From NCBI GenBank assembly GCA_019721035.1, contig JAHEAA010000003.1:54994-118993 (forward strand): DNA of 64,000 nt, in the 5' to 3' direction. Source of the DNA: Candidatus Sysuiplasma acidicola (GTDB taxonomy: Archaea; Thermoplasmatota; Thermoplasmata; Sysuiplasmatales; Sysuiplasmataceae). The position numbers were made by a program, and so were the translations under genes. Below the pieces are notes generated by a model. The model searched no databases. It was not told the origin of the DNA and was given only the letters and a program-made list of their open reading frames with translations. This document shows, in pieces, positions 1 to 9,478 of this stretch; within the stretch, counting starts at the first letter, position 1; every line of letters starts with the position of its first letter.

Positions 1-126
1 ACTTCAACAGTAGCCATTCATGCCGCACTTCTTGCGGCGCTCCGGATCGACGGCAGGAAAGAATAATTAACTGCCAACGCCTTAACCTCTCAACGAGATT
101 CAGTATCAGGGGGTAAGGCGGGCACG

Positions 127-363
127 TTAGAAATCAAGCTCTACAAGACCATTGACGCCACATCCGCGAACTGCACCGGTCCGATTGGCGAAATGGCATC
201 GGCCATGAATGACGCATATCCCGGCGAAGGTGTCGCAATACTGCTGGGCGACGAGGCAACGCGTGATGATGTTCTCGTCTGGGCCAGGCGGACAGGAAAT
301 GAAGTGGCTGAGAATGTCTCCGAAGGCGGAAAGTTCAAAATAATTCTGAGGAAGGTGAAATGA
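127..363 (+). CDS. tusA: TusA-like sulfur-carrier protein (start codon unresolved)
   Basis: In-frame translation ...KTIDATSANCTGP...ILLGDEATRDDVLVWARRTGNEV...KFKIILRKVK matches the TusA/SirA fold including the Cys-x-x-Pro (CTGP) active-site motif. No ATG/GTG/TTG lies between the upstream in-frame stop (64-66) and the motif, so the 5' end is uncertain (non-canonical start or local sequence error). Stop TGA 361-363 sits 1 nt before the next gene. Confidence 0.55.
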   Translation, partial: LEIKLYKTIDATSANCTGPIGEMASAMNDAYPGEGVAILLGDEATRDDVLVWARRTGNEVAENVSEGGKFKIILRKVK

Positions 364-364
364 A

Positions 365-1519
365 ATGAAGAACATTTTAGTGGCAGGCGGTGGGCTCGGC
401 GGAACGATTGTGGCAAACAGAATAGCGCAGAAGCTGTCAAATGAGATCGAAAAGGGGGAAGTTGGCGTTACTGTTCTCGACAGGAATGACAAGCACTTCT
501 ATCAACCCGGATTTTTGCTCGTTTCGATGGGTGTGATGGAGCCTGCAGAGACGCATGTCCCGGAGCGCTCTGTTCTCGACAGGCATGTGAAGTTCCTTAC
601 CGGGGACAAAGGAACGATAACCAGGATAGATGCGGCCAACCACTCGCTAGCCACCGCAGACGGAGCCACTCACAGCTACGATCAGCTCGTCCTCTCTACG
701 GGTTCACACCTTCAATTTGACGAGATACCCGGATTCGCCGGCGGCGCTGATACTTTCTTCAATCTCGAAAAGTCTACTCAGATGTGGAAGAAGATTCAGT
801 CATTCACGGGCGGCAGAATTGTTGTTGACACCGCGAGCCTCCCTCATAAGTGCCCGGTTGCGCCTCTCGAAATAACGCTGATGCTGGACGACTACTTCAG
901 GAAGAAGGGTATCAGGGACAAAGTTCAGATTGATTACTGCTACCCAGTCCCGGGCGTGTTCGGCATACCCAACGTGAACCGCATGATGGCAGGAATCTTC
1001 GCAGAAAGAGGAATAAACGTACACAGCCAGTTCACACTGGCCTCCGTTGACGGCGGCGCCAGGAAGATAACATCGAAGGAGGGCGAGTCGCTGGACTACG
1101 ACCTGCTGGTAAGCGTGCCACCTCACAAGGGCGCGCAGGTGATAGGGGACTCCGGCCTCGGCGACAGGAGGAACTGGGTAGGAACAGACAAGTTTACGCT
1201 CCTTGTGAAAGGGTATGACAACATTCATGCCATGGGTGATACTACCGACATAGCAATATCGAAGGCAGGTTCCACTGCTGACTACGAATCATACACTGTC
1301 AGTCACAACGTGGCAGCAGATGTCATGGGCACGGACGGAAAGAAGACCTATCCCGGCACGGTGTTCTGTTTCATAGCGACGGGCATGGATCAGGCAACGT
1401 ACATAAAATTCGACTACAACCATCCGCCGGTGCCTCCAACCCCCTCCCAGATCTACTGGTGGAGCAAGCTTGCCTACAACAAACTCTACTGGAGCATCCA
1501 CGCCAGGACAATGGTTTGA
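365..1519 (+). CDS. sqr: FAD-dependent sulfide:quinone oxidoreductase-like flavoprotein
   Basis: 384 aa. N-terminal Rossmann motif GGGLGG; HFYQPGF motif characteristic of the SQR / flavocytochrome c sulfide dehydrogenase branch of pyridine-nucleotide-disulfide oxidoreductases. Flanked by TusA-, DsrE- and DUF1641-like genes. Confidence 0.65.
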   Translation: MKNILVAGGGLGGTIVANRIAQKLSNEIEKGEVGVTVLDRNDKHFYQPGFLLVSMGVMEPAETHVPERSVLDRHVKFLTGDKGTITRIDAANHSLATADGATHSYDQLVLSTGSHLQFDEIPGFAGGADTFFNLEKSTQMWKKIQSFTGGRIVVDTASLPHKCPVAPLEITLMLDDYFRKKGIRDKVQIDYCYPVPGVFGIPNVNRMMAGIFAERGINVHSQFTLASVDGGARKITSKEGESLDYDLLVSVPPHKGAQVIGDSGLGDRRNWVGTDKFTLLVKGYDNIHAMGDTTDIAISKAGSTADYESYTVSHNVAADVMGTDGKKTYPGTVFCFIATGMDQATYIKFDYNHPPVPPTPSQIYWWSKLAYNKLYWSIHARTMV

Positions 1520-1521
1520 CG

Positions 1522-1914
1522 GTGTTCTGCTTGCGGCTCTCAATAATACTCGGTTCCAACCATCTGGAAAGGGTGGAATTTGCGTCGATGACCGCATTCC
1601 TGGCGTCCAGCATGGGGGAGGAGGTAAACATATTTGCCACCATGGACGGCGTAAAGGCATTCGGCAGGGAACCTGTAGTGCTGTCTGAGGCAGAGTCCGC
1701 CGCAATGATAGTAAAGTCCGAGGCGGGCGGTAGATTTGCGGAGTATTTCAGGAAGGCTAAGGAAACGGGAAAGGTCAGAATAACGGCCTGCAGCATGGCC
1801 TCTAAGTTATTCAACCTGCGCAAGGAGGACTACTCGGATGTGGTCGACGGCATCGGAGGTCTGACTTCGTTTCTCGATTCTTCAGAGGGAAGCAGTATGA
1901 TCAGCATCTGGTGA
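1522..1914 (+). CDS. DsrE/DsrF-like sulfur-relay protein
   Basis: LSIILGSNHLERVEFASMTAFLASSMGEEVNIFATMDGV resembles the DsrE/DsrF N-terminus. Proposed start is GTG 1522 (alternatively TTG 1531), directly after the sqr stop. The ORF-track ATG at 1459 would overlap sqr by 60 nt and adds residues not expected in DsrE. Confidence 0.55.
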   Translation: MFCLRLSIILGSNHLERVEFASMTAFLASSMGEEVNIFATMDGVKAFGREPVVLSEAESAAMIVKSEAGGRFAEYFRKAKETGKVRITACSMASKLFNLRKEDYSDVVDGIGGLTSFLDSSEGSSMISIW

Positions 1915-2834
1915 TTGAGTTGAGCGGTGAAAGTACAGAAGGTGTGAGGAGCCTGACGTTGAACGCGGAGGAAGAGAAACAGGTACGCGAGTTTATTGCA
2001 AATATACCACGCTTCAACAGCGTAATGAAAGAGTTCTCGACGATGGTGAATGAAGGACAGATTGAAGCCATGTCGCAGGCACTGGCAGCACTGCGCTTCC
2101 TCAAGGACGGACTGAACGACGAAGCGATAGAATCGCTGTCGAAGCTTGGCGGAAGACTCACGGATGTGGCATCCGCCGCTTCATCAGAGCAGTCTATGGC
2201 TGTCATCGGCAGCCTGAGTTCCGAGGGAAAAGAGCTTTCCGAACTCATAAAAGACATAGGAAGGATGCACAGAGACGGCGTCTTCGACTCGGTGGTTAGC
2301 GCAGCATATGCACTGAAGTTCCTCAAGGACGGACTGAACGACGAGGCAATCGAAAATATCGCCTCCGGCATGGCAGACATGCTTTCCATTTCGAAGAAGT
2401 ACTCTTCTCTTCTGTCCGGTGAGGAATTACCTTCTGCTCTGGCAACAGTGTCCAGACTTGAGCGTGACGGTGCGCTTGACGCACTTGTGGATGCGGCATA
2501 CATTATCAAATTTCTCCGGGACGGACTGAACGACGAAGCGCTGTCCAACATTGCATCGTTGCTGTCCGAACTGCTAAGGCAGTGGCATTCCCTTCACAAT
2601 CTCATAGACATGCTTTCGTCTCCGGTTGCTACGCGGGTGTTCAATACGCTGACGGACGAATCGCTTGAACAGAGGCTGGAAAAAGCGCCGCCAAGGAAAG
2701 GCGGTATGTCTCTGCTGTCCCTCTCTGACCCGGATGTCAGAAAGGGCTTCGGCGTTGTATTTGAGCTGCTGAAGATATTCGGTCAGGAATTCAAGACCGA
2801 GGTCACGACTGATGGCGTGACAGACAAAGACTGA
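1911..2834 (+). CDS. DUF1641-like protein with three tandem repeats
   Basis: Three ~65-75 aa repeats, each containing [AL](L/I)(K/R)FL(K/R)DGLNDEA(I/L). The motif and gene context next to an SQR-type flavoprotein fit the DUF1641 family. ATGA overlap with the upstream gene. Confidence 0.5.
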   Translation: MIELSGESTEGVRSLTLNAEEEKQVREFIANIPRFNSVMKEFSTMVNEGQIEAMSQALAALRFLKDGLNDEAIESLSKLGGRLTDVASAASSEQSMAVIGSLSSEGKELSELIKDIGRMHRDGVFDSVVSAAYALKFLKDGLNDEAIENIASGMADMLSISKKYSSLLSGEELPSALATVSRLERDGALDALVDAAYIIKFLRDGLNDEALSNIASLLSELLRQWHSLHNLIDMLSSPVATRVFNTLTDESLEQRLEKAPPRKGGMSLLSLSDPDVRKGFGVVFELLKIFGQEFKTEVTTDGVTDKD

Positions 2835-2992
2835 CGTATCGCATCCGCTTTATCTTCACTGCAGTGATGGCGCGGCGTTATGAACATGCCCGCTGAAAAG
2901 CAACTTCCTGTCTCATTTTCAAATAGTGTAATTGTATGGTTGCATTTTAATGAGCAATCAGCCGATAGTGGTTAAAAGCTCCGGGTATCTGT

Positions 2993-3583
2993 ATGTCCTC
3001 CAAGTTTAAAACATCGAGGCGTATCGGCAGGATAATTACGCTCCTTGGTGCGGTCTTCCTGCTCTTCATAGCATCGGCAACCGTCCCGTTAGTAACGGGA
3101 AAGGGCTTAAGTTTCTCCGTCCCGTCATCTCCGGCGGAGACCAATACCGCAGGAACACTGTATATAAACACATCGTTCACAGTCGAAAATCATTGCCTGT
3201 ATGCGATTAGACAGATATACTACACGCTGAATCTCAGCGTTCTCACCAACGGTACTCTGATTTATTCGTACAGCACACACCTGGCCGCTGCACTGCCCGG
3301 TCAAATTGAGCGTTACAGCATTTCTGTTCCCGTCACCATCGGCGCGTTGCCGGCATGGTTTGTCTCCGAAGCTGCAACCACCCCTGTTAACATGTCTGTC
3401 GGCACGTCCATCAGCGCCTCCTATGCCTATGGTTTCTTCCAGTTCGGCGTGAGCTATAAGGGGCCGTTCACATCATCGTCCATCGTTAAACCCGCACAGC
3501 TTGCAAACAGCCAGGAGGCTCAGAGGTATGCGGATTATCCGCAGATACCGCAATCTGCAACATACACGGGGGCCGCCGCATGA
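2993..3583 (+). CDS. hypothetical secreted/membrane-anchored glycoprotein
   Basis: N-terminal signal-anchor helix (IITLLGAVFLLFIASATV), beta-rich Ser/Thr-rich body, several NxS/T sequons. No recognisable catalytic motif. Confidence 0.4.
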   Translation: MSSKFKTSRRIGRIITLLGAVFLLFIASATVPLVTGKGLSFSVPSSPAETNTAGTLYINTSFTVENHCLYAIRQIYYTLNLSVLTNGTLIYSYSTHLAAALPGQIERYSISVPVTIGALPAWFVSEAATTPVNMSVGTSISASYAYGFFQFGVSYKGPFTSSSIVKPAQLANSQEAQRYADYPQIPQSATYTGAAA

Positions 3584-4062
3584 TTGGAGAATACAGAAAG
3601 CGGGCTTCCCCTGCGGGCATCGATAAACCAAGTCTGCACATAGCAGGTGCCGTTCTTTCCTCTGCCACGTCGGCGTTATTTTTCATACTTGCGCCAATAC
3701 TCTATATGCAGGCGGCATCATCATATCCACAACTGGGTTTCAACTCGATGAGCGTCTGGACCCAATCTGCGATTCTGCTAGGTTCGATCTTCATGTTTCT
3801 CAATGCGGGTGCGGTGCTTCTCGGAAACGAAAGAATCGCAGGCGTCATTCTGAGGGCGGCATCACAGGTTGCAATAGCCTATTATGTAATCTCCGTCGTC
3901 GGACGCCCCTTTACCATAACTGTCCAGGGCAATTATCATCTCTCTATGGCCATTTACTACATCGCGCTGATCCTGGCCTCGTTTGCCCTTCTGAGAATCA
4001 TACCGTCCTTCGTGGAATACCTGGAATACAGACGTTATGTCCGCGGTGCCTCAGTCGTTTAG
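3580..4062 (+). CDS. hypothetical polytopic membrane protein
   Basis: 160 aa with about 4 predicted TM helices. ATGA overlap with the upstream gene. Confidence 0.4.
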   Translation: MIGEYRKRASPAGIDKPSLHIAGAVLSSATSALFFILAPILYMQAASSYPQLGFNSMSVWTQSAILLGSIFMFLNAGAVLLGNERIAGVILRAASQVAIAYYVISVVGRPFTITVQGNYHLSMAIYYIALILASFALLRIIPSFVEYLEYRRYVRGASVV

Positions 4063-4391
4063 AAAAATGATTGATTCGCGGAAGGGATGCGCGATCGCCT
4101 GATCGCCGGATGTTCCTCTGCAGATTCAGCTCCGCTGAACTCTATTTTGAACTGTTCCAGTTCCTTTGAGATGCGCGCATTTCTGCATATGGGGCATTCT
4201 ACCGGCTTATGAAGCCTGTGCTTCACAGTGACGACGCAGCTGTCCAGATTTATTCTCACGCCGCAACTGTCACATTCCACATCAAGCATATCTCGTTCCG
4301 CCATGTGATGCACCGTTTCCCCTATACGACTGCCCCATTGCACAAACAGCACTGAGCGCATTATTCCGAAGCAGTCTTCGGGTAACGACAT
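4059..4391 (-). CDS. small Cys-rich zinc-ribbon-like protein
   Basis: 110 aa with CDSC...C and CPIC cysteine pairs (Zn-ribbon-like). Lies 8 nt downstream of the large sensor gene on the same strand. Its 3' end overlaps the convergent gene by 4 nt. Confidence 0.35.
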   Translation of the reverse strand: MSLPEDCFGIMRSVLFVQWGSRIGETVHHMAERDMLDVECDSCGVRINLDSCVVTVKHRLHKPVECPICRNARISKELEQFKIEFSGAESAEEHPAIRRSRIPSANQSFF

Positions 4392-4398
4392 GTTTCAC

Positions 4399-7300
4399 TT
4401 AATCGTTTGCATCGGTTTCTGTCGAATCCGGTTTGTCATTATCAAATTTCTCCAGCTCTGTGCTCAGGTACCCCTTTCTCATCTCACCGACATTGACTTC
4501 TTCGAAAAGTTTTTCGAGTATCGCAAGCTCCCTCTGTTCAAACGTCATCTTGTCAACGGCGACGACCAGTACGGAGGATGTGTCGACAGTCTTCTGCATC
4601 ACGCCCTCGAGCATGCCCATGACCTTTATCATGCTGTTATTAGAGAGCAGATACTCCAGTCCGTCAATAAACACAACTGCATTCTTGTGCCTCTCGATGA
4701 ACGAGAGCATCGCGTTGCCGATTACGGAAAGTTTGGCAGGATCGAGGTTGCTGTTGCCCACAACCTGGGTCAGCCATCTGATCTCAGTGTTTCCCATATC
4801 GTACTTCTCCCTTAGCTTGGAGGGATGCTGCCTCGTAATCACGAGTGGATTGAATCCTGCCTTCTTGAAATCGACGAGGGCAAGATACGCGAACAGCGGC
4901 TTCTGTTCTGCTATCATATAACTGAAGCCTCGTTTCATCGCATACCTCACGCCCTCTATCTGTGAATGCGCTGCACTGGAAACTTCCGCGCCCTTCACTC
5001 TATTCGGCTGATCCTTCGGCTCCTGCGTTTCGTTCTGCGGTTCTTCCTTCAATCTCAATATGAGGCCCCTTCTGTTTCTGCCGGAAAGTGGAGAGGCGGA
5101 AACAATGACTCTTTTAGCACCTTCGGCCGAGGCAAACAGATACGACGACTCAAACCTCTCGCCCTTCCTGATATTTTCTGTGAGATCAACAATCTGATAC
5201 GTATCCACTTCGTCAAGCAGCGAGACAATTTTCTCCACTGCAACTCCGGGCTGCATCGACAGCAGCTGCTTTGCCGCACTGTTAATAAACTCGATATTTC
5301 CGGACGTATCCACTCTGATGATCGGTTCGTCTATTCCGTCCAGTATCTCTGCCAGTTCTGTCCATTTCAGCTCAGCCGCCCTCTTGAGCTGTTTTTCCTG
5401 TTTCAGTGTCTCCACTGCAGAGTATGAATTGATAACATTCGATGCGAGTCTGTCCAGCAAGGCAACATCACTCTCGCTGAAGCCGTCAGAGCCGAATCTG
5501 TTTATGAGCAACAGCACTGCCCTTATCTCAGTTCCGCTGTCCTTGAACAGCGGATACATCAGCATCTCCCTGACGTAGCTGCCTGAAACCGGCTCAGTTT
5601 CAATTTGCGCGCTCCTGAAGTCGTTTATTATCATCGCTTCCCCCTTTTCTGCTGTCTTCAGGGCCAGTTTTTCAATTGAATCCGGTATCCGCGTCTCGAA
5701 GTATCCGCTCCATTCTATGTAGGAGGAAGACAGCACCCCCGCGAGCGCGTACTCAGTTCCAATTATGTGCCCCGCTGCGGATGCGAACGCATCCATCATG
5801 CTCCCGAACTCCGTGTGTGCCCCAACCTTTTTTCCTATTTCGTCCACCGTGCTGATGAGACCATGCCTGCGTCTCTCTTCAGACAATGCTGAAAGCTGTC
5901 TCACTTTTCGCGACACAAACGGTGCCATTTCGTTGTAGATGTGCATGTGTTCGGTGGTATCGCAGTCTCCGGCGTAGCCGGCAATGAACAGAAGGTCTGC
6001 CCCGTCAATCGTACTCATTCTCCATGTCGCAAGTCTGTTTCTGAATATGACCGGCACATTTTCGTCGTCCGAAGGCGGAAACTCAATTGCCTGTGATTGC
6101 GTTCCGTGCGTTCCTGTCAGGTGCGCTGCATATTTCATCAGTGTTTCCTGAGGCACGACTCCGCCACCGCCAGAGGAGGCTACAAGTCTGAGAATCCCAG
6201 ACACATAATCCACCGAGTAGATGGCCGCGAAGGAAGCATTGAGCCGCGCTACGGCATAGTCGCAGACTTTTCCGTAGATCGACTGAACATCAACCTCTTC
6301 AACAATCGCGTCTTTGAATGCCGCCAGCTTGTTCAGGCGCACAACATCCGCATGACTGTTTCTGCTTGTCTTGATGCTGATGTGACGCGAGTTATAGAAA
6401 TCAAGGAGTCTCTGAGTCACGGTGTTCCTGTACACGTCCTTCCTGAGGTTCGACTGAAAATCGAAACCAATGAGCACCACAGACTGACCATCCTTCTCCG
6501 ATGATTCGTGTATGAGCATATTCCTGAATCTCGGTGCAGTGCCTTCGATAAAGTCTGCGCCGAGTGAATCAATCGCCGCAGAAGTCGCCGACTCGCCTTC
6601 CAGTGTGTACGTTCTCGTCGCAAGCTTCGTCATCTCGTGCAATACCGTGCTCAGAGATGTAGCATCGGCAGAGCATCCGCTCTCTTTGAAAGACTCACTG
6701 TCTGCGCATATACACTGCAACCGGCTCTCTCCGCTTCTCCTGAGCAGAAGCATACCAGCCTCACATGTTGAAAATTTTAGTGCGCTGTCCAGTACTCTGG
6801 ATGAAAATGTGTCACTGTCCGGATTGTCAAGGCTCTCAATCAGTTGTTCGGACAGCAGCGAATGCATGGCGTTTTCCTTCTCTTTTTCCACATATGACTT
6901 GTGAATCTCCATGGCAGCATTGGCCCGCTCCATCACAGTGGAAAATTGCCTTCCGGTTATCTCCGCCATCTCAATTTCTTCCGCCGAAAACGTGTTCTTT
7001 CCTATTCTGTGCAATGCAATGACTCCAATGTCTTCTCTGACGCTCTTTATGGGTATGGCAAGAATCGCTTCGGGCTCGTTAGGTGTGCCGGGTATGCTTA
7101 TCGACGAAGCATCCGCGTTCGCCTCCTGTATGTGCACCGGCTTGTCTTTCGATATGGTCCTTCCGACGATTCCTTCTCCAATCTTAACGGAGAATGAGAG
7201 CATTTCTTCTGCGAATACGCCTCTCGACGTCACCGGAATCAGCAGCGATCTGCCCTCGTTGAGCACATAGAAGACAGAAATGCTTGACGGAATGACTGAA

Positions 7301-8454
7301 TTTATGAATGAGAGTGCCTCCTCCGCGATCCGCACGGGATCGTTTTCCCTGTGGAGCAGAAGAATCTCCTCCAGAAGCATGTTTCTGAACAGTATTTTTC
7401 TGTTCTTTTCCTCAATGAGCAGACTGGAGGACATTCTTGCTCCGAGAACCTGGGACAGAAATTCGACATCCCTGAATTCAAAATCATCGAGAGGAACCGG
7501 AGACTTACTCTCGAGTATCAGTATTGCGCTGCTTTTCGAGTTTGTCTTTACAGGCACAAGTGCAGCCCACTTCGTGCCTGTTCCGAGCGGTTTATAGCCA
7601 ATAGACTCGATATCTTTTATGACGAGGGGTTCGCTCTGAGCTGCAACTCCGACGATCATGCTGCTGAGGCTCATACTCTGCGGGTTGTCGTATAATGGTG
7701 TTAGCGATTCACTCATTCCTGCGAACTCGAGCGCGTGCCCGGTTTCATCGGTCACCATCAGGGCAACATAGTCTATACCCATTCTCTTCTGTATTATGTC
7801 TGCAATCTTGTTAAGAACGTTGTTTGCGAGCGCCCCTTCATGCAACTGATTTCCAAGTTCGATTGCCGCTGTAAGTCTGGAAGCGTGGGAGAGATGTTCG
7901 CCGACCACAAATTCTCTTCTGACAACCGAGTCAAATATCCTGTCAACAAGCGCAAGCGCTAGTTCTTCATCCATGCTGAGCTGCCTGCGCACACCCACAT
8001 AAGTGTACAGCGTCGGCGCCCCTCTTTCTGTTCCGCGGAAGAGGATAAAGTCAGTGACTCCCGTCGCGAGCGCAACCTCATCAACGAGTCTGATGCCGGA
8101 ATTGGGCGCCTTTATCGACTTTTTGCTATCCCCGAAATCGGCGTTGAGCGGCAGCAGATCCTCATATTTCGTTTCGCCTGGTTCGCCGAGGAGCTCCTGA
8201 TGGCTCGTCCATCTGAATCGGAGATCCCTGCTGATGACCACAAAAATGACGAACATATCCTTTCTGAGTCTGGTAATCTGCCTGCCGAAGGAGAAGAGAA
8301 GTGATTTCCAGTCTCCTGCATCTGTCAGGACGTCGACGCCTGCGGATATCAGACGCTCAAAAGAGTCGACGCTGCTTCCCGCTACCGGGAGAGCGCTGCC
8401 CTTGAGTGCTGCGCTCGTGACAAACTCATTCATTTTTACTTCATTCTCTGGCAT
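4399..8454 (-). CDS. 1351-aa multi-GAF/PAS sensor protein with C-terminal DUF835-like domain
   Basis: Long cytoplasmic protein with several GAF-like and PAS-like repeats. The C-terminal ~150 aa (KRGFSYMIAEQKPLFAYLALVDFKKAGFNPLVITRQHPSKLREKY...VVFIDGLEYLLSNNSMIKVMGMLEGV...) match the archaeal DUF835 pattern. No kinase, HTH or other output domain recognised. Confidence 0.6.
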   Translation of the reverse strand: MPENEVKMNEFVTSAALKGSALPVAGSSVDSFERLISAGVDVLTDAGDWKSLLFSFGRQITRLRKDMFVIFVVISRDLRFRWTSHQELLGEPGETKYEDLLPLNADFGDSKKSIKAPNSGIRLVDEVALATGVTDFILFRGTERGAPTLYTYVGVRRQLSMDEELALALVDRIFDSVVRREFVVGEHLSHASRLTAAIELGNQLHEGALANNVLNKIADIIQKRMGIDYVALMVTDETGHALEFAGMSESLTPLYDNPQSMSLSSMIVGVAAQSEPLVIKDIESIGYKPLGTGTKWAALVPVKTNSKSSAILILESKSPVPLDDFEFRDVEFLSQVLGARMSSSLLIEEKNRKILFRNMLLEEILLLHRENDPVRIAEEALSFINSVIPSSISVFYVLNEGRSLLIPVTSRGVFAEEMLSFSVKIGEGIVGRTISKDKPVHIQEANADASSISIPGTPNEPEAILAIPIKSVREDIGVIALHRIGKNTFSAEEIEMAEITGRQFSTVMERANAAMEIHKSYVEKEKENAMHSLLSEQLIESLDNPDSDTFSSRVLDSALKFSTCEAGMLLLRRSGESRLQCICADSESFKESGCSADATSLSTVLHEMTKLATRTYTLEGESATSAAIDSLGADFIEGTAPRFRNMLIHESSEKDGQSVVLIGFDFQSNLRKDVYRNTVTQRLLDFYNSRHISIKTSRNSHADVVRLNKLAAFKDAIVEEVDVQSIYGKVCDYAVARLNASFAAIYSVDYVSGILRLVASSGGGGVVPQETLMKYAAHLTGTHGTQSQAIEFPPSDDENVPVIFRNRLATWRMSTIDGADLLFIAGYAGDCDTTEHMHIYNEMAPFVSRKVRQLSALSEERRRHGLISTVDEIGKKVGAHTEFGSMMDAFASAAGHIIGTEYALAGVLSSSYIEWSGYFETRIPDSIEKLALKTAEKGEAMIINDFRSAQIETEPVSGSYVREMLMYPLFKDSGTEIRAVLLLINRFGSDGFSESDVALLDRLASNVINSYSAVETLKQEKQLKRAAELKWTELAEILDGIDEPIIRVDTSGNIEFINSAAKQLLSMQPGVAVEKIVSLLDEVDTYQIVDLTENIRKGERFESSYLFASAEGAKRVIVSASPLSGRNRRGLILRLKEEPQNETQEPKDQPNRVKGAEVSSAAHSQIEGVRYAMKRGFSYMIAEQKPLFAYLALVDFKKAGFNPLVITRQHPSKLREKYDMGNTEIRWLTQVVGNSNLDPAKLSVIGNAMLSFIERHKNAVVFIDGLEYLLSNNSMIKVMGMLEGVMQKTVDTSSVLVVAVDKMTFEQRELAILEKLFEEVNVGEMRKGYLSTELEKFDNDKPDSTETDAND

Positions 8455-8811
8455 TTGTCACTCCGACGCAGGTATTCCGGTCTTTCAGACGGCTGGACCA
8501 TGCAGGTTAATCCGGCAGGTCGCTATTTAAACAAAATTTGTCAGGTTGTCACTCTTGATATTCAGTTCATTTGAAGACAGACAGCGAATCGGTCAATGTC
8601 AGTGCGATTCCCGACCATATCTGTCCCCTTTGAAGGAGTCCAGAATGAAGCACGCATCACGAGAAGGTTAATGCGCAATGGGCTGAGGGCAATTGACGGA
8701 TGGTCAGCGGTCAGAAAACATGTCGCCTCCCTTTCACCGAACGTTTTCGCGTATCTTATGGTGCAAACTGCATCCAATCTGCTTAAATATGCGGCAATCT
8801 ATGTCTGACTA

Positions 8812-9429
8812 ATGTCCGACGATATCGTCCTTAATGATTCAGCTCAGGGTTATGCAGGGAGCGGCACACTCCCATTTGCATCCGGAGCGTTGGCGCAGGA
8901 GCATGCCGGAATGAGTTCCGTCGGGTACATCGGCGATGGTCTCAACGAATCGACACTATTCGAACTTGAGCAGACAATAAACACCATATTGAATGCAGCA
9001 CGCAACAGGCGTGAGATGGAGACGGAGAGGGTCGTGATGTATTCAAAGGCGCTGAACAGCCTGTGCAGATCCGTGCTTGAGAAGGCGGAAGAGCGTATCG
9101 GCAGCCTCTCTACTACGCGCCCGACAGAGCCAGGAATAGAGGTTAAGCATTCCTCTCTGCTGCGTTCTGTTTCTGAAGTCCGGTTTCCGTACGGACCGGC
9201 GCTGAGTCAGGATAACTGGTCAAGCCTGTGTTCCCTCCTCATGAAGAGACTCGACAGGTACGGCTGCATTATAACACAGCGCGACAGGAGGTTTCTTTCG
9301 GAAGCTTCCGGCATTGACGTCTCTCCGTACATATGGTCAACGCTGGTGAAAAGGCTCGACCTCAGGAGAGTGAAGAATCCCTATTCCGCTTCTTCACTGG
9401 TCATATATGTCCCCCGCCTGAAGAAATGA
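8812..9429 (+). CDS. hypothetical protein
   Basis: 205-aa ORF, divergent from the sensor gene. No recognisable motif. Confidence 0.35.
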   Translation: MSDDIVLNDSAQGYAGSGTLPFASGALAQEHAGMSSVGYIGDGLNESTLFELEQTINTILNAARNRREMETERVVMYSKALNSLCRSVLEKAEERIGSLSTTRPTEPGIEVKHSSLLRSVSEVRFPYGPALSQDNWSSLCSLLMKRLDRYGCIITQRDRRFLSEASGIDVSPYIWSTLVKRLDLRRVKNPYSASSLVIYVPRLKK

Positions 9430-9478
9430 GCCGTCGAATCACGCAAAACGGTTTAGACATGAATGTATTGCCCACCAC

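Noticed and set aside
1901-2551. 216-aa minus-strand ORF antisense to the DUF1641-repeat gene
   Set aside because: Ser-rich low-complexity antisense frame that follows the repeat periodicity of the sense gene.
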